Positions 1-13,149 of a DNA stretch of 64,000 bases are shown piece after piece. Origin of the DNA: Spirochaetia bacterium (GTDB taxonomy: Bacteria; Spirochaetota; Spirochaetia; SZUA-6; Bin103); NCBI GenBank assembly GCA_965203055.1, contig OZ241863.1:736001-800000 (forward strand). The letters run 5' to 3'. Each line of letters starts with the position of its first letter. Position 1 is the first letter of the stretch. The notes beneath the pieces are model-generated. The model saw nothing but the letters and a program-made list of their open reading frames with translations, was not told the DNA's origin and searched no databases. Made by a program: the position numbers and the translations under genes.

Positions 1-1
1 G

Positions 2-370
<369 letters not shown>

Positions 371-438
371 CGGCCGGCAGGCCGGCGGGCCGCCGGGTGG
401 CGTCCTTCCGGCGGCCAGAAATGGCGCCGGGGGAGGGG

Positions 439-467
439 TTGACCTTTGGGCCGCGCTCAACTAACTT
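439..467 (+). promoter_or_regulatory. Putative sigma70 promoter of the str/S10 operon
   Basis: TTGACC (439-444), 17 bp spacer, TAACTT (462-467) in the rpoC-rpsL intergenic region. Confidence 0.55.
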
Positions 468-639
468 GAGTGCCGCACTTTCGTCCCCGGGACTGTAGCG
501 GGCTTGGTGCGCCGTCACTACCTCCCATACCAGGGTTTACCAGTTTTAGGGGTTTACCAGTTCGTGAGTGAGCGCTCCCGTGACGCCGCGGGTGCGCCGG
601 TGCTTGTTGCCGTCGTGGGGCGGTCAGGAGAAAAAGAAT

Positions 640-1014
640 ATGCCGACCATCAACCAGCTTATCCGCAAGGGCCGCAAGCGGCCGCGCAACAAGGTCAAGT
701 CGCCGGCGCTGCAGGCCTGCCCGCAGAAGCGCGGGGTCTGTACCCAGGTGCGCACCATCACGCCGCGCAAGCCCAACTCGGCGCTGCGCAAGGTGGCGCG
801 CGTGCGGCTGTCCAACAACGTGGAGGTCAATGCCTACATCCCGGGCATCGGGCACACCTTGCAGGAACACTCGGTGGTGCTGATTCGCGGGGGGCGGGTG
901 AAGGACCTGGCCGGGGTGCGCTATCACGTGGTGCGCGGCACCAAGGACACGCTGGGAGTCGAGGAGCGCCGCAAGGGGCGTTCCAAGTACGGCACCAAGC
1001 GCCCGAAGGTCTAG
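640..1014 (+). CDS. rpsL: 30S ribosomal protein S12
   Basis: MPTINQL...[25 protein letters not shown] upstream of ATG 640. Confidence 0.99.
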   Translation: MPTINQLIRKGRKRPRNKVKSPALQACPQKRGVCTQVRTITPRKPNSALRKVARVRLSNNVEVNAYIPGIGHTLQEHSVVLIRGGRVKDLAGVRYHVVRGTKDTLGVEERRKGRSKYGTKRPKV

Positions 1015-1028
1015 CGGAGGGAGATGCG

Positions 1029-1499
1029 ATGCCGCGCCGCGGTAATACCAGGAAGCGTCCCGAGCCGGTGGATCCGAAGTATCGCAACGTGACCGCCGGC
1101 AAGTTCATCAACGCGATGATGAGCCGCGGCAAGCGTTCTACCGCGACCCGCGCGCTGTATCGATCGTTCGACCTCATCGAGAAGCGGCTGGGCCGCGATC
1201 CCCTGGAGGTGTTCCTGAAGGCGGTGGACAACGTCAAGCCGTTGCTGGAGGTCAAGTCGCGCCGCGTCGGCGGGTCCACCTATCAGGTGCCGGTCGAGGT
1301 GCGTGAGGGGCGCCGCGACGCGCTCGCGATCCGCTGGTTGATCCAATACGCCAAGCAGCGGCGCGGGCGCGCCATGACGGCCGGCTTGAGCGCCGAGCTG
1401 ATGGACGCCTTCAACGAGACCGGAGCCGCGGTCAAGAAGAAAGAGGACACCCACCGTATGGCGGAGGCGAACAAGGCCTTCGCCCACTACCGCTGGTAG
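1029..1499 (+). CDS. rpsG: 30S ribosomal protein S7
   Basis: MPRR...[14 protein letters not shown]...[20 protein letters not shown]. Confidence 0.99.
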   Translation: MPRRGNTRKRPEPVDPKYRNVTAGKFINAMMSRGKRSTATRALYRSFDLIEKRLGRDPLEVFLKAVDNVKPLLEVKSRRVGGSTYQVPVEVREGRRDALAIRWLIQYAKQRRGRAMTAGLSAELMDAFNETGAAVKKKEDTHRMAEANKAFAHYRW

Positions 1500-1529
1500 C
1501 CTGCAGGCTGAAAGAGCGTAGCGCGAGCA

Positions 1530-3629
1530 ATGGAATCACACGGCCGGCTGAGCCGTACCCGCAACCTCGGGATCATGGCCCACATCGACGCCGGCAAGAC
1601 CACCACCACCGAGCGGATCCTGTACTACACCGGACGCAAGCACAAGCTGGGCGAGGTGCACGACGGTCAGGCCGAGATGGACTGGATGGATCTCGAGAAG
1701 GAGCGCGGCATCACCATTACCGCGGCCGCCACCTATTGCGGCTGGCGCGACCATGACGTCAACATCATCGACACCCCCGGCCACGTCGACTTTACCGTGG
1801 AGGTGGAGCGGTCGCTGCGGGTGCTCGACGGCGCCGTGGGGGTGTTCTGCGCGGTCGCCGGGGTGGAGCCGCAGAGCGAGACGGTGTGGAAGCAGGCGAA
1901 CACCTACGGCGTGCCGCGGCTGGTGTTCATCAACAAGATGGACCGCACCGGCGCGGACTTCGCGGCGTGCGTCGAGCAACTCCACGCCAAGCTCGGCGCC
2001 AACGCGGTTCCGGTGCAGCTTCCGACCGCCGGCGGGCCGGCATTCAACAGCGTGATCGATCTGGTGGCGTTGCGCCGCATCACCTGGGAGGAGGCCGACT
2101 TCGGCACCAGCTACCGGGTGGAGGAGATTCCGCCCGAGTGGCGCGCGCCGGCGGAAGCGGCGCACGTCGAGCTGCTGGAGCGGCTGGCGGATCTGGATGA
2201 CGAATTCATGGAGCGCTATCTCGCCGGCGAGCAGATCGGCCCCGCCGCGGTGCGCGCCGCGCTGCGCCGGCACACGGTGACCGGGGAGATATTTCCGGTG
2301 CTCTGCGGCAGCGCGTTCAAGAACAAGGGTATTCAGCTCCTGCTGGACGCGGTCGTCGACTATCTGCCGGCGCCGGCCGAAAAGCCGCCCGTCACCGGCA
2401 TCGTGCCCAGCACCGGCGAGTACATCGAGCGTCCGCCGCGCGATGACGAGAGTCTCTCGGCGCTGGCGTTCAAGGTGGTGACCGACCCCTACGTCGGCCG
2501 CCTTACCTACTTTCGCATCTATTCCGGGGTGCTGAAGGCGGGCTCCTATCTCTACAATTCATCGGCCGACGGGCGCGAACGCGTCACGCGGCTGCTGCGG
2601 ATGCACGCCAACCGGCGCGAGGAGATCGCCGCCGCGCGCACCGGCGACATCGTGGCCGCGGTCGGCCTGCGCCGCACCACCACCGGCGACACCCTGTGCG
2701 CGCCCGATGATCCGGTGATTCTGGAGTCGATGGTGTTTCCCGAGCCGGTGGTGTCGATTGCCATCGAACCCAAGTCGAAGCAGGATTCCGACCGGCTCGG
2801 AGCCGCCCTTGGCAAGCTCGCCGATGAGGACCCTACCTTCAAGGTGCGCGTCGACCACGAAACCGGCCAGACCATCATGGCCGGCATGGGCGAGCTGCAC
2901 CTGGAGGTGTTGACCGCGCGCCTGTTCCGGGAATTCAACGTCGCGGCCAACGTCGGGATGCCGGAAGTGGCGTACCGCGAGACGATCAGCCGCAGCGCCG
3001 AGGTGGTGACCCGCTTCGTCCGCCAGACCGGCGGGCATGGCCAGTACGCCCACGTGGAGATGCGGTTCGAGCCGCTGCCGCCGGGCGCCGGGTTCCTGTT
3101 CGAGAGCAAGGTGACCGGCGGGCGGGTGCCGAAGGAGTATATTCCGGCGGTGCAGCGCGGGGTCGAAGAGGCCATGGAGGTGGGCATTCTCGCCGGCTAT
3201 CCGATGGTCGACTTCCGCGCCATCCTGCTCGACGGCGGCTATCACGAAGTGGATTCCAGCGACCAGGCATTTCGCATCGCCGGCAGCATGGCCTACCGCC
3301 AGGCGCTGGCGCGGGCCGCGGCGCGCTTGTTGGAACCGATCATGGAGGTGGAGGTGCACTGCCCCGAGGAGTATCTCGGCGACGTCATCTCCAACCTCAG
3401 CGCCCGCACCGGCCACGTGCAGGGCATCGAAGACGTGTTTGGTGGCCGCACGGTAAAGGCCCGGGTACCGTTGCGCAAGATGTTCGGATATGTTACCGAT
3501 CTGCGCTCCATGACCCGTGGCCGCGCCACCCATACGATGCAGTTCGGCGCCTATGAACCGGCTCCGAAGGCGGTGCAGACCGAGATCGTCGCCCGCACCT
3601 CGGGGCGTCTCGCTACCGCGCAATCATGA
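1530..3629 (+). CDS. fusA: Elongation factor G
   Basis: [21 protein letters not shown] and GMGELHL motifs; 699 aa; str operon position. Confidence 0.99.
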   Translation: MESHGRLSRTRNLGIMAHIDAGKTTTTERILYYTGRKHKLGEVHDGQAEMDWMDLEKERGITITAAATYCGWRDHDVNIIDTPGHVDFTVEVERSLRVLDGAVGVFCAVAGVEPQSETVWKQANTYGVPRLVFINKMDRTGADFAACVEQLHAKLGANAVPVQLPTAGGPAFNSVIDLVALRRITWEEADFGTSYRVEEIPPEWRAPAEAAHVELLERLADLDDEFMERYLAGEQIGPAAVRAALRRHTVTGEIFPVLCGSAFKNKGIQLLLDAVVDYLPAPAEKPPVTGIVPSTGEYIERPPRDDESLSALAFKVVTDPYVGRLTYFRIYSGVLKAGSYLYNSSADGRERVTRLLRMHANRREEIAAARTGDIVAAVGLRRTTTGDTLCAPDDPVILESMVFPEPVVSIAIEPKSKQDSDRLGAALGKLADEDPTFKVRVDHETGQTIMAGMGELHLEVLTARLFREFNVAANVGMPEVAYRETISRSAEVVTRFVRQTGGHGQYAHVEMRFEPLPPGAGFLFESKVTGGRVPKEYIPAVQRGVEEAMEVGILAGYPMVDFRAILLDGGYHEVDSSDQAFRIAGSMAYRQALARAAARLLEPIMEVEVHCPEEYLGDVISNLSARTGHVQGIEDVFGGRTVKARVPLRKMFGYVTDLRSMTRGRATHTMQFGAYEPAPKAVQTEIVARTSGRLATAQS

Positions 3630-3668
3630 AACGACAACGGCCAGACCGACAGCAGGAGGATTAGCAGA

Positions 3669-4859
3669 ATGGCCAAGCAGAAATTCGAGCGTACCAAGCC
3701 GCACGTCAACGTGGGCACCATCGGCCACGTCGATCACGGCAAGACCACGCTCACCGCAGCAATTACCCAGTACTGCAACGCCAGGTACGGGGACAAGCTG
3801 ATGAGGTACGAGGATATCGACAACGCTCCCGAGGAGAAGGCGCGCGGCATCACCATCAATACGCGCCACGTCGAATACCAGACCGACAACCGTCACTACG
3901 CTCACGTCGACTGTCCCGGCCACGCCGACTACATCAAGAACATGATTACCGGCGCGGCGCAGATGGATGGGGCGGTGCTGGTGGTGTCCGCTCCTGATTC
4001 GGTCATGCCTCAGACCCGCGAGCACATTCTGCTGGCGCGCCAGGTGCAGGTGCCGTCGATCGTCGTCTACATCAACAAGACCGATCAGGTCGACGACGAG
4101 GAACTGCTGGAGCTGGTCGAGGAAGAGGTCAAGGATGCCCTCAATGAGTACGACTTCCCCGGCGACGAGATACCGATCATCAAGGGTACGGCGCTGCGCG
4201 CGTTGGAGAACCCCGGCGACGAGGAGGCCAACGCCACCGTGGTGGAACTGCTCGAGGCGATGGACTCCTACATCCCGCTGCCGGAGCGGCAGGTCGATCT
4301 GCCGTTCCTGATGCCGATCGAGGACGTGTTCTCGATTCAGGGGCGCGGTACGGTGGTGACCGGACGGATCGACCGCGGCACCATCAAGACCGGTGAGAAC
4401 GTGGAGATCGTGGGCATCCGCGATACGCGGCGGACGGTGGTGACCGGCGTCGAGATGTTCAACAAGATCCTCGATTCCGGCGAGGCCGGCGACAACGTCG
4501 GCGCGTTGCTGCGGGGCGTGGACCGCAAGGAAGTGGAGCGCGGCCAGGTGCTGGCCAAGCCCGGTTCCATCAACCCGCACCGGAAGATGAGGGCAACGGT
4601 ATACGCCTTGACCAAGGATGAGGGCGGGCGGCATTCTCCGTTCTTCTCCGGCTACCGGCCGCAGTTCTACTTCCGCACCACTGACATTACCGGTACCGTG
4701 TCGCTGCCCGACGGTAAGGAGATGGTGATGCCGGGAGATACGGCTGATCTCACCATCGAGTTGATCAACACCATAGCGGTGGAGCAGGGCGTGCGCTTTG
4801 CCATCCGCGAGGGTGGGCGTACGGTCGGCGCCGGTACGGTCACCGAGATCATCGAGTAG
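3669..4859 (+). CDS. tuf: Elongation factor Tu
   Basis: [30 protein letters not shown]. Confidence 0.99.
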   Translation: MAKQKFERTKPHVNVGTIGHVDHGKTTLTAAITQYCNARYGDKLMRYEDIDNAPEEKARGITINTRHVEYQTDNRHYAHVDCPGHADYIKNMITGAAQMDGAVLVVSAPDSVMPQTREHILLARQVQVPSIVVYINKTDQVDDEELLELVEEEVKDALNEYDFPGDEIPIIKGTALRALENPGDEEANATVVELLEAMDSYIPLPERQVDLPFLMPIEDVFSIQGRGTVVTGRIDRGTIKTGENVEIVGIRDTRRTVVTGVEMFNKILDSGEAGDNVGALLRGVDRKEVERGQVLAKPGSINPHRKMRATVYALTKDEGGRHSPFFSGYRPQFYFRTTDITGTVSLPDGKEMVMPGDTADLTIELINTIAVEQGVRFAIREGGRTVGAGTVTEIIE

Positions 4860-4879
4860 GATCGGGGCCGGGCGCCGTC

Positions 4880-5184
4880 ATGGCAGTTGACCGTATCCGC
4901 GTGCGTCTACGCGGCTTCGACGTGGAACTGATAGATCAGAGTTCCAAGGCGATCGTGCAGACGGTGCAGAAGGCAGGTTCGCAGGTGTCCGGCCCGATCC
5001 CGCTGCCGACGCGGACCAACCGGTATACCGTGTTGCGCTCGCCGCACGTCAACAAGAAGTCTCGCGAGCAGTTCGAAATGCGCACTCACAAACGACTGAT
5101 CGACATTCTCGAACCGACCCCGGCAGTGATGGATGCGCTGATGAAGCTGGAGCTGCCCGCCGGGGTGGACGTGGAGATCAAGCA

Positions 5185-5188
<4 letters not shown>
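4880..5188 (+). CDS. rpsJ: 30S ribosomal protein S10
   Basis: GPIPLPT...[21 protein letters not shown]. Confidence 0.99.
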
Positions 5189-5855
<667 letters not shown>

Positions 5856-5859
<4 letters not shown>

Positions 5860-6536
5860 AGGCGCCGGTGATCGGGGCCGACGGCCAGCCGCGGGGCGAA
5901 GCGGAGCTCGCGGACGATGTCTTCGGCGTGGAGGTGAGTGAGGGCGCCATCTACCACGCCATTCGCAACGAACTGGCCAACCGGCGGGTCGGCACCGCGG
6001 CCACCAAGCGGCGCGGCCAGGTGCGCGGCAGCACCCGCAAGCCGTGGCGCCAGAAGGGTACCGGCCGGGCCCGCGCCGGCGACCGCAAATCGCCGTTGTG
6101 GACCGGCGGCGGGGTGATCTTCGGCCCGCAGCCGCGCAGTTACCGCTATCGGATTCCGCGCAAGGCCAAGCGCAAGGCGATCTGCTCGATCCTCACCCAG
6201 AAGGCGCGCGCGGCGCGCATCACGGTGGTGGAAGGCATTACCGTCGAGGAGGGCAAGACCAGGGAGCTGGTACGGCAACTGGAGCCCATTGCCGGCGGCG
6301 CGCGCTGCGTGTGGCTGCTGAGCGGCGCGGACCGGTTGCTGCTGCGGGCAGGCCGCAACATCGCCTGGCTGCGGATGCGCGCCTGCCAGACGGCGACGGC
6401 GCACGATCTGTACTACAGCGAGCGTATCCTGCTGTCGCCCCAGGTGGCCGCCGAGCTCGCCTCGCTGTGGGGCGGCGGCGAGCCTGGCGGCGCGCCCGCG
6501 CCGCCGGCCGCAGCTGCGGCCGAGGGGGAAGGATGA
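5856..6536 (+). CDS. rplD: 50S ribosomal protein L4
   Basis: [15 protein letters not shown]...[11 protein letters not shown] overlaps the rplC stop (ATGA). Confidence 0.97.
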
Positions 6537-6814
6537 GATCCGATATCTTGCTTGCGCCGGTGGTCACTGAGAAGACCAATGAACAGCGCGCGGCTCGCAA
6601 GTATGCGTTCCGCGTGGACGCCCGCGCCAACAAGCTGCAGATCGTGGCCGCGGTGCGCGCGGCCTTCGACGTCCACCCGGTGAAGTGCAACGTGATCAAC
6701 GTAGCTCGCAAGCCGAAGCGCCTGCGCTACCGCGCCGGGCATCGTTCGAGTTGGAAGAAGGCGGTCGTCACGCTCCCCCCGGGCGAGAGTATTCAGATCT
6801 TCGAGGGAGCGTAG
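6533..6814 (+). CDS. rplW: 50S ribosomal protein L23
   Basis: PVVTEK...YAFRVDARANK...WKKAVVTL; ATGA overlap with rplD. Confidence 0.97.
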   Translation: MRSDILLAPVVTEKTNEQRAARKYAFRVDARANKLQIVAAVRAAFDVHPVKCNVINVARKPKRLRYRAGHRSSWKKAVVTLPPGESIQIFEGA

Positions 6815-6840
6815 GGACGCGAAGTGTTGGTGAATGAGAA

Positions 6841-7674
6841 ATGCCGCTGAAGAAGAGTAAGCCGATTACCCCGGGCCGGCGCTTCGCCACCGGTTCCGAC
6901 TTCGGCGAATTGCAGGGAGACGCCGCCGTCAAGGCCTTGCTGAAGCCGATGGCCAATCGAGCGGGCCGCGGCGCCGGAGGGCGCATCAGCGTGCGCCGGC
7001 GCGGCGGGCGCCACAAGCGGCGCTACCGGGTGGTGGATTTCCGGCGCGACAAGCTGGGTGTTCCCGGCAGGGTGGTGGCGGTGGGCTACGACCCCAATCG
7101 CTCCGCCAATCTGGCGCTGGTGGTCTACGCCGACGGTGACAAGCGTTACATGTTGGCGCCGCGCGGCATCACGGTGGGGCGTTCGGTGATGAGCGGCTCC
7201 AAGGCTCCCATCGAGGTCGGCAACGCGTTGCCTCTGCGCGACATTCCGCTCGGCATCACGGTTCACAACGTGGAGCTCGCGCGGGGCCGCGGCGGCCAGC
7301 TTGCCCGCGCCGCCGGCGGCCGGGCGACGCTGGTGGCCAAGGAGGGCGATTACGTTACCCTGCGGCTGCCGTCGGGGGAAGTGCGCATGGTGTTCCACGA
7401 ATGTATGGCCTCCATTGGCGAGGTGGGCAATCAGGACCATATGAACGTTTCACTCGGCAAGGCCGGGCGGGCGCGTTGGCTCGGGCGGCGCCCCAAGGTG
7501 CGCGGCGTGGCGATGAATCCTCATGATCACCCGCACGGCGGCGGCGAGGGCAAGAGTTCCGGGGGGCGCCATCCGGTGTCGGCCTGGGGCAAGCCGACCA
7601 AGGGCGCGAAGACCCGCCGCCGGCGCAAGGCTTCGAGCACGTTCATCGTGACGCGCCGCAAGGGAAGGAAGTAG
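6841..7674 (+). CDS. rplB: 50S ribosomal protein L2
   Basis: [25 protein letters not shown]. Confidence 0.99.
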   Translation: MPLKKSKPITPGRRFATGSDFGELQGDAAVKALLKPMANRAGRGAGGRISVRRRGGRHKRRYRVVDFRRDKLGVPGRVVAVGYDPNRSANLALVVYADGDKRYMLAPRGITVGRSVMSGSKAPIEVGNALPLRDIPLGITVHNVELARGRGGQLARAAGGRATLVAKEGDYVTLRLPSGEVRMVFHECMASIGEVGNQDHMNVSLGKAGRARWLGRRPKVRGVAMNPHDHPHGGGEGKSSGGRHPVSAWGKPTKGAKTRRRRKASSTFIVTRRKGRK

Positions 7675-7680
7675 TCCCGT

Positions 7681-7962
7681 ATGGCACGATCGATAAAGAA
7701 GGGGCCGTTCATCGCGCGCAAGCTCTACCAGCGGATCCTGGAGCTGAACCGGACCGGCGAGAAGCGCATGATCCGCACCTATTCCCGTACTTCGACGATC
7801 ATTCCGGAGATGGTGGGGCTGACTATTTCGGTCTACAATGGCAAGACCTGGATACCGGTCTACGTGACGGAAAACCTGGTAGGGCACAAGCTGGGCGAGT
7901 TTGCTCCGACGCGCGTGTTTCGCGGCCATGCCGGGTCCGATCGCAAGGCGGTGCGCCGGTGA
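7681..7962 (+). CDS. rpsS: 30S ribosomal protein S19
   Basis: [10 protein letters not shown]...[11 protein letters not shown]. Confidence 0.99.
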   Translation: MARSIKKGPFIARKLYQRILELNRTGEKRMIRTYSRTSTIIPEMVGLTISVYNGKTWIPVYVTENLVGHKLGEFAPTRVFRGHAGSDRKAVRR

Positions 7963-8324
7963 TCGACGCCGCCAAGGGCCATACGGCCAGCGCCCGCTAC
8001 CTTCGCATCTCTCCCCGCAAGGTGCGTCCGCTGGCCAATTCCGTCCGCCGCAAACCCTACGTCGAGGCGCTGGCCCTGCTCGATGCCCTGCCCCACAAGG
8101 GGGCGAAGGCGCTGCGCAAGGTGGTCAAGTCGGCGGCTGACAACGCCTTGGTCCATAACGAGCAGCTGGATGAGGAGGCGCTCTACGTGAGCCACGTCGA
8201 AGTCAGCGACGCGCCGCGCATGAAGCGGGTGTGGGTGCGCGGCCGCGGCCGCGCCGACCGGCTGCTCAAGCGCATGTGCCACATCGTGGTGGCGGTGGCG
8301 GAAGTGGAAGGGAGCGGGGAGTGA
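7959..8324 (+). CDS. rplV: 50S ribosomal protein L22
   Basis: RISPRKVR...RGRGRA..KRMCHI; operon order. Confidence 0.97.
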   Translation: MIDAAKGHTASARYLRISPRKVRPLANSVRRKPYVEALALLDALPHKGAKALRKVVKSAADNALVHNEQLDEEALYVSHVEVSDAPRMKRVWVRGRGRADRLLKRMCHIVVAVAEVEGSGE

Positions 8325-8373
8325 GCAGCGCAACGCGCACCGCCATGGCGCGCAATGACATGAGGAGATTGCC

Positions 8374-9075
8374 GTGGGCCAGAAGATAAACCCGATCGGC
8401 ATGCGCTTGGGGATCAACCGTACCTGGAAGTCGAAGTGGTACGTGGATCCGCGAGACTACGCCAAGACGCTACATGAGGACCTGGCCCTGCGCCGGGTGA
8501 TCGAGCGCTCGCCGGACACGCGCGGGGCGGACATCTCCGACGTGGAGATCATTCGTCACCCGCAGCGAATTACGATCATCATCCACACGGGACGGCCCGG
8601 CGTGGTGATCGGCGCCAAGGGCGCCAACATCGAGCGCCTCGGCGGCAGGCTGCAGAGACTGGTCGGCAAGAAGATCCAGATCAAGATCAAGGAGATCCAC
8701 CGCCCGGAGTTGAACGCGCAGCTCATCGCCATGAACGTGGCGCGGCAGCTCCGAACCAAGGCCTCGTTTCGACGCTCCCTCAACATGGCGGTTCAGAATG
8801 CGATGCGCGCCGGGGTCCAGGGCGTCAAGATCAAGATTGGCGGCCGGCTCGGCGGTTCCGAGATGTCGCGCAGCGAGCAGCGCAAGGAGGGCCGTATCCC
8901 GCTGCATACCTTCCGCGCCGACATCGACTACGGGTTCGCCGAGTCGCTCACCGCGATGGGCACGATCGGGGTCAAGGTATGGGTATTCAACGGTGAGCTG
9001 TTCGGGCGGGACACCAAGGAAGATGCCGGCCAGTTGTTGCGCCGCCAGCGTGGGCGCAACCAGGGGCGGTTGTAG
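8374..9075 (+). CDS. rpsC: 30S ribosomal protein S3
   Basis: [33 protein letters not shown]. Confidence 0.99.
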   Translation: MGQKINPIGMRLGINRTWKSKWYVDPRDYAKTLHEDLALRRVIERSPDTRGADISDVEIIRHPQRITIIIHTGRPGVVIGAKGANIERLGGRLQRLVGKKIQIKIKEIHRPELNAQLIAMNVARQLRTKASFRRSLNMAVQNAMRAGVQGVKIKIGGRLGGSEMSRSEQRKEGRIPLHTFRADIDYGFAESLTAMGTIGVKVWVFNGELFGRDTKEDAGQLLRRQRGRNQGRL

Positions 9076-9080
9076 CGATC

Positions 9081-9500
9081 ATGCTTAGTCCGAAGCGAGA
9101 GAAGTATCGTAAACGGCAGCGGGGGCGCATCAGCGGCACTGCCACGCGCAAGAACGAGGTGGCGTTCGGCGACTACGGACTGATGGCGTTGGAACCGAAG
9201 CTGATTACCAACCGCCAGATCGAGGCCGCGCGGATTGCCATGACGCGCCACATCCGGCGCGGCGGCAAGGTGTGGATCCGCATCTTCCCCGACAAGCCCT
9301 ACACCAAGAAGCCGGCGGAGACCCGGATGGGCAAGGGCAAGGGGTCCCCGGAGTATTGGGTTGCGCCGGTAAAGCCGGGCACGGTGTTGTTCGAGCTGGC
9401 CGGCGTGCCGCGCCAGGCGGCCAGCGAGGCCATTGCCCTGGCCGGCAGCAAGTTGCCGATCAAGACCCGGTTGCTGGTACGGCGCAACCTGGAAGAGTAG
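9081..9500 (+). CDS. rplP: 50S ribosomal protein L16
   Basis: [13 protein letters not shown]...RMGKGKG. Confidence 0.99.
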   Translation: MLSPKREKYRKRQRGRISGTATRKNEVAFGDYGLMALEPKLITNRQIEAARIAMTRHIRRGGKVWIRIFPDKPYTKKPAETRMGKGKGSPEYWVAPVKPGTVLFELAGVPRQAASEAIALAGSKLPIKTRLLVRRNLEE

Positions 9501-9512
9501 ACGGCGGCGGAG

Positions 9513-9758
9513 ATGAAAGATTCGTTCAACGATCTCGCCTACGGCGAGCTGCTGCTCCGGCGGGAGGAGCTGCGCAAGCAATTTCGCGACGTGCGCTTCA
9601 ACTTGGTGGTCGGACACGTGGACAACCCGTTGCAGTTGCGCACTCTGCGGCGTAAGCTGGCGCGTTTGAATACCATCGTGCACGAGTATGACCTGCAGAT
9701 CCGGCGGCCGCAGGCAGCGGCGGCTACCGGCGGCGGCCCGGCGGAGGCTGAGGAGTAA
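9513..9758 (+). CDS. rpmC: 50S ribosomal protein L29
   Basis: Lies between rplP and rps[17 protein letters not shown] motif. Confidence 0.93.
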   Translation: MKDSFNDLAYGELLLRREELRKQFRDVRFNLVVGHVDNPLQLRTLRRKLARLNTIVHEYDLQIRRPQAAAATGGGPAEAEE

Positions 9759-9759
9759 C

Positions 9760-10281
9760 ATGGAGAGAGAGGTAGACACCTCGGAACGTTCTCAGGGTGA
9801 CGCGGCCGAGGGCGCGCAGCCCGCGGCGGCCAGTCCCGGCGAGGTGGACGACCGGCCCGCGGCAACGCCGGCGGCCGCAGCGGATGACGCCCCCGCAGCC
9901 GACGCCGGCGTTGCCGCCGCAGCCGGGCCGGCGGCCGCGGCCGCCGGCGGCGCGGAGGCCGGGACTGCGGAGGCCGGGACGGACCAGGGGGCCGCTCCGG
10001 GCGGGGACCCGGCGGCCGTTCCGGCCTCCGGCGCGCGGCGCAAGCGAGTGCTTACGGGCAGCGTAGTCAGCGACAAGGGCGACCGCACGATCGTGGTGAG
10101 CATAGCGCGCCGCAAGAAACACCGGCTCTACAAGAAGTACGTCACTCTGACCAGGAAGTTGAAGGCCCACGACGCGGACAACGAGTGTCGGGTCGGCGAT
10201 CTGGTGCGGGTGGTCGAGAGCCGTCCCCTGAGCAGGGAGAAGCGTTGGCGGCTGGCCGAGATCGTGAAGCGGGCCGGCTAG
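9760..10281 (+). CDS. rpsQ: 30S ribosomal protein S17 with a long acidic Ala-rich N-terminal extension
   Basis: C-terminal GSVVSDK..TIVV...AHD...GDLVRVVESRPLS.EKRW; GAGGAG RBS before ATG 9760. Confidence 0.95.
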   Translation: MEREVDTSERSQGDAAEGAQPAAASPGEVDDRPAATPAAAADDAPAADAGVAAAAGPAAAAAGGAEAGTAEAGTDQGAAPGGDPAAVPASGARRKRVLTGSVVSDKGDRTIVVSIARRKKHRLYKKYVTLTRKLKAHDADNECRVGDLVRVVESRPLSREKRWRLAEIVKRAG

Positions 10282-10302
10282 GATTCTGCGGGACGGACGA
10301 GC

Positions 10303-10671
10303 ATGATTCAGATGATGAGCTACCTCAACGTGGCCGACAACAGCGGAGCCAAGCGCGTGCAGTGCATCAAGATCCTGGGCGGATCGCGGCGCCGCTCCGC
10401 TTCGGTCGGCGACACGGTGGTGGTGGCGGTGAAGGTTGCGCTGCCCGGCGGCGCGATCAAGAAGGGCTCCATGACGCGCGCGGTCGTGGTACGTACCAGA
10501 AAGGAGTTGAAGCGGGCTGACGGCACCTATATCCGGTTCGACGACAACGCCTGCGTCTTGGTGGACCCGGCCGGCAACCCGGCCGGGAAGCGTATCTTTG
10601 GTCCCGTCGCGCGCGAGCTGCGCGAGCGCGACTACATGAAGATCGTGTCGCTCGCGCCGGAGGTGTTGTAG
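10303..10671 (+). CDS. rplN: 50S ribosomal protein L14
   Basis: VADNSGAK...RFDDNA...[10 protein letters not shown]. Confidence 0.99.
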   Translation: MIQMMSYLNVADNSGAKRVQCIKILGGSRRRSASVGDTVVVAVKVALPGGAIKKGSMTRAVVVRTRKELKRADGTYIRFDDNACVLVDPAGNPAGKRIFGPVARELRERDYMKIVSLAPEVL

Positions 10672-10672
10672 T

Positions 10673-10993
10673 ATGGGAGTACGCAGCAAGCTGAAGATCG
10701 GCGACCAGGTGCGCATCGTGAGCGGGCGTTCGCGCGGGCGCGAGGGCCGCGTGCTGCGGCTGGACCGCGGGCGCCAGCGGGTATGGGTGGAAGGCGCCAA
10801 CATGGTAAAGAAGGCGGTGCGCTCCAAGAACCCGAACCAGCCGCAACAAGGCGGTCTGACCGACGTGGAGGCGAGTGTGAACTGGGCCAGCGTCATGCTG
10901 ATATGCCGCCGTTGCGGCATTACTCGTATCGGCTATGGGGTGCGCGACGCGGACAAGGTGCGGATCTGCCGGAAGTGCGGAGAGCCGCTGTGA
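10673..10993 (+). CDS. rplX: 50S ribosomal protein L24
   Basis: KIGDQV.IVSG KOW motif; two CxxC pairs at the C-terminus. Confidence 0.96.
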   Translation: MGVRSKLKIGDQVRIVSGRSRGREGRVLRLDRGRQRVWVEGANMVKKAVRSKNPNQPQQGGLTDVEASVNWASVMLICRRCGITRIGYGVRDADKVRICRKCGEPL

Positions 10994-11586
10994 GCAAGCG
11001 ACGTGCGGCGGCCGACCGCGTACCGGCCGGCTATACCCCGCGCTTGAAGGCGCGTTATCGGGCGCAGGTGGCGCAGGAGTTGCGCGAGGAGTTCAATTAC
11101 CGGTCGCCGATGCAGACCCCAAGGCTGGAAAAGATCGTGCTGAGCGTCGGCGTCGGTGAGGCGGTGAACAACAAGAAGCTGCTGGACACCGCGGTTGTCG
11201 AGCTGACGCAGATATCCGGCCTGCGGGCGGTGCGCACCAAGGCGCGGAAGTCGATAGCAGCGTTCAAGATCCGCCAGGGTATGGAGATCGGGGCCATGGT
11301 AACGCTGCGCGGCAACCACATGTACGAGTTTCTGGACCGCCTGGTGAACGTGGCCATTCCCCGCATCAAGGACTTCCGCGGCTGCAGCGCCAACTCCTTC
11401 GATGGCCGCGGCAACTACGCCATGGGGGTAGACGACCAGACGATCTTTCCGGAGATCGACTACGACAAGGTGGAGCGTATTTCGGGCCTCAACATCGCCA
11501 TCGTCACGAGCGCCTCTACCGATCGGGAGGCGCGCAGCCTGCTGGCCGCGCTGGGCATGCCGTTTCAACGGCCGGAGGCAAACTGA
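10990..11586 (+). CDS. rplE: 50S ribosomal protein L5
   Basis: [33 protein letters not shown] start overlapping the rplX stop. Confidence 0.97.
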   Translation: MSKRRAAADRVPAGYTPRLKARYRAQVAQELREEFNYRSPMQTPRLEKIVLSVGVGEAVNNKKLLDTAVVELTQISGLRAVRTKARKSIAAFKIRQGMEIGAMVTLRGNHMYEFLDRLVNVAIPRIKDFRGCSANSFDGRGNYAMGVDDQTIFPEIDYDKVERISGLNIAIVTSASTDREARSLLAALGMPFQRPEAN

Positions 11587-11771
11587 TGGCGCGCAAGTCT
11601 CTCATCGTCAAGGCGCAGCGCAAGCCGAAGTACAAGGTGCGCGCGGTAAATCGTTGTCGGCTTTGTGGCCGGGCGCGTGGCTATATGCGTAAGTTCGAGC
11701 TCTGCCGGATCTGCTTTCGAGATCTGGCGAGCACCGGCAAGATTCCGGGCGTGACGAAGTCGAGTTGGTAG
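11586..11771 (+). CDS. rpsN: 30S ribosomal protein S14 (zinc-binding type Z)
   Basis: 61 aa; CRLC...[14 protein letters not shown]. Confidence 0.98.
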   Translation: MARKSLIVKAQRKPKYKVRAVNRCRLCGRARGYMRKFELCRICFRDLASTGKIPGVTKSSW

Positions 11772-11783
11772 AGAAGGAAACTG

Positions 11784-12182
11784 ATGGCTGTTAGCGATCC
11801 GATTGCCGATATGCTCGCGAAGATCAAGAATGCCAGCGCCGCCGGTCACGAGAGTGTCAATATCCGGCCCTCTCAGATCAAGTTGGAGATCATCAAGATC
11901 CTCAAGATCGAGGGCTATATCAGGAACTTCAAGAAGGTCAAGGTGGACGGGCACACGAATATCTGTGTGTTTCTCAAGTACGATGGACAACTGAAGCCGA
12001 TCATTCAGGGGATCGACCGGATTTCCAAGCCGGGCCGGCGCGTCTACTCCGGGTACCGCACCATGCCGCGCGTGCTGAACGGCTACGGCACCCTGGTAGT
12101 GTCCACCTCTTCCGGCGTGACCACCGGCCGCAAGGCGCGCGAGCGCAAGGCGGGCGGCGAGTTGATCTGCACGGTGTGGTAG
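11784..12182 (+). CDS. rpsH: 30S ribosomal protein S8
   Basis: DPIADML...ISKPGRRVY...GGELICTVW. Confidence 0.98.
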   Translation: MAVSDPIADMLAKIKNASAAGHESVNIRPSQIKLEIIKILKIEGYIRNFKKVKVDGHTNICVFLKYDGQLKPIIQGIDRISKPGRRVYSGYRTMPRVLNGYGTLVVSTSSGVTTGRKARERKAGGELICTVW

Positions 12183-12186
12183 GCGT

Positions 12187-12732
12187 ATGTCTCGGATAGG
12201 AGTCATTCCGGTGACCGTGCCGCAGGGCGTGGCGGTCACCATCGCCGGCAACGACGTCTCTGCCGAGGGGCCGAACGGAGCCCTCAGCGTACGGACCAGC
12301 GGCAATATCGCCGTCAGTCTGGAGCAGGGCCGAATTACGGTTACCCGGGGGGACGAGGCAAAGCGCACCAAGGCGTTGCACGGCCTGTATCGCAAGCTGA
12401 TCTGGAACATGGTGACCGGGGTCTCCACCGGGTTTCGCAAGCTGTTGGTGATCAACGGGGTAGGCTATCGGGCCGAGGTCCAGGGCAAGACGCTGGTGCT
12501 CAATCTCGGTTACTCGAACCCGGTCAGCTACGCGTTTCGGGAGGGCATTGCCATCGAGGTGCAGGGTGGCAATCGGATCGTGGTTTCCGGCGCCGACCGC
12601 CAGGCCGTGGGCCAGGCGGCGGCGGAGATCCGCGCCTTCCGGCCGCCTGAGCCCTATAAGGGAAAGGGTGTGAGGTACGAGAACGAACAGGTACGCCGCA
12701 AGGCCGGCAAGGCGATGGTGGCCAGCGGATGA
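12187..12732 (+). CDS. rplF: 50S ribosomal protein L6
   Basis: MSRIG...GVGYRA...PEPYKGKG. Confidence 0.98.
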   Translation: MSRIGVIPVTVPQGVAVTIAGNDVSAEGPNGALSVRTSGNIAVSLEQGRITVTRGDEAKRTKALHGLYRKLIWNMVTGVSTGFRKLLVINGVGYRAEVQGKTLVLNLGYSNPVSYAFREGIAIEVQGGNRIVVSGADRQAVGQAAAEIRAFRPPEPYKGKGVRYENEQVRRKAGKAMVASG

Positions 12733-13112
12733 GCCGCGGCAGACCGGAGAGCCGCAGCGCTGCGCCTGCCAAGCGCCGGCGTTGGCTGCGGCGCAAGCAG
12801 CGCATACGCCGGCGGGTAAGCGGCACCGCGGAGCGGCCGCGGCTTACCGTGTACAAGAGCAACCACTGCATTTACGTGCAGGTGGTGGACGATCGGCGCG
12901 GTCATACGTTGCTGGCCGCTTCCAGCCGCGAACCGGCATTGCGCGCCGCCGGCAACACGGTTGCCGGCGCGGCCCAACTAGGAGCGGCGGTAGGGGAGCG
13001 GCTGCGCGAGCAGAGGATCAGCGAGGTGGTGTTCGATCGTAATGGATATGCCTACCACGGCGTCGTCGGCTCGTTGGCCGACGCGGTACGCGAGGCTGGT
13101 ATCAAGGTATGA
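12729..13112 (+). CDS. rplR: 50S ribosomal protein L18
   Basis: GTAERPRL.VYKSN...VVFDRNGYAYHG. Confidence 0.97.
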   Translation: MSRGRPESRSAAPAKRRRWLRRKQRIRRRVSGTAERPRLTVYKSNHCIYVQVVDDRRGHTLLAASSREPALRAAGNTVAGAAQLGAAVGERLREQRISEVVFDRNGYAYHGVVGSLADAVREAGIKV

Positions 13113-13149
13113 TGCCAAGCTGCGATATGCTTTGTGAGTACGACAGACG

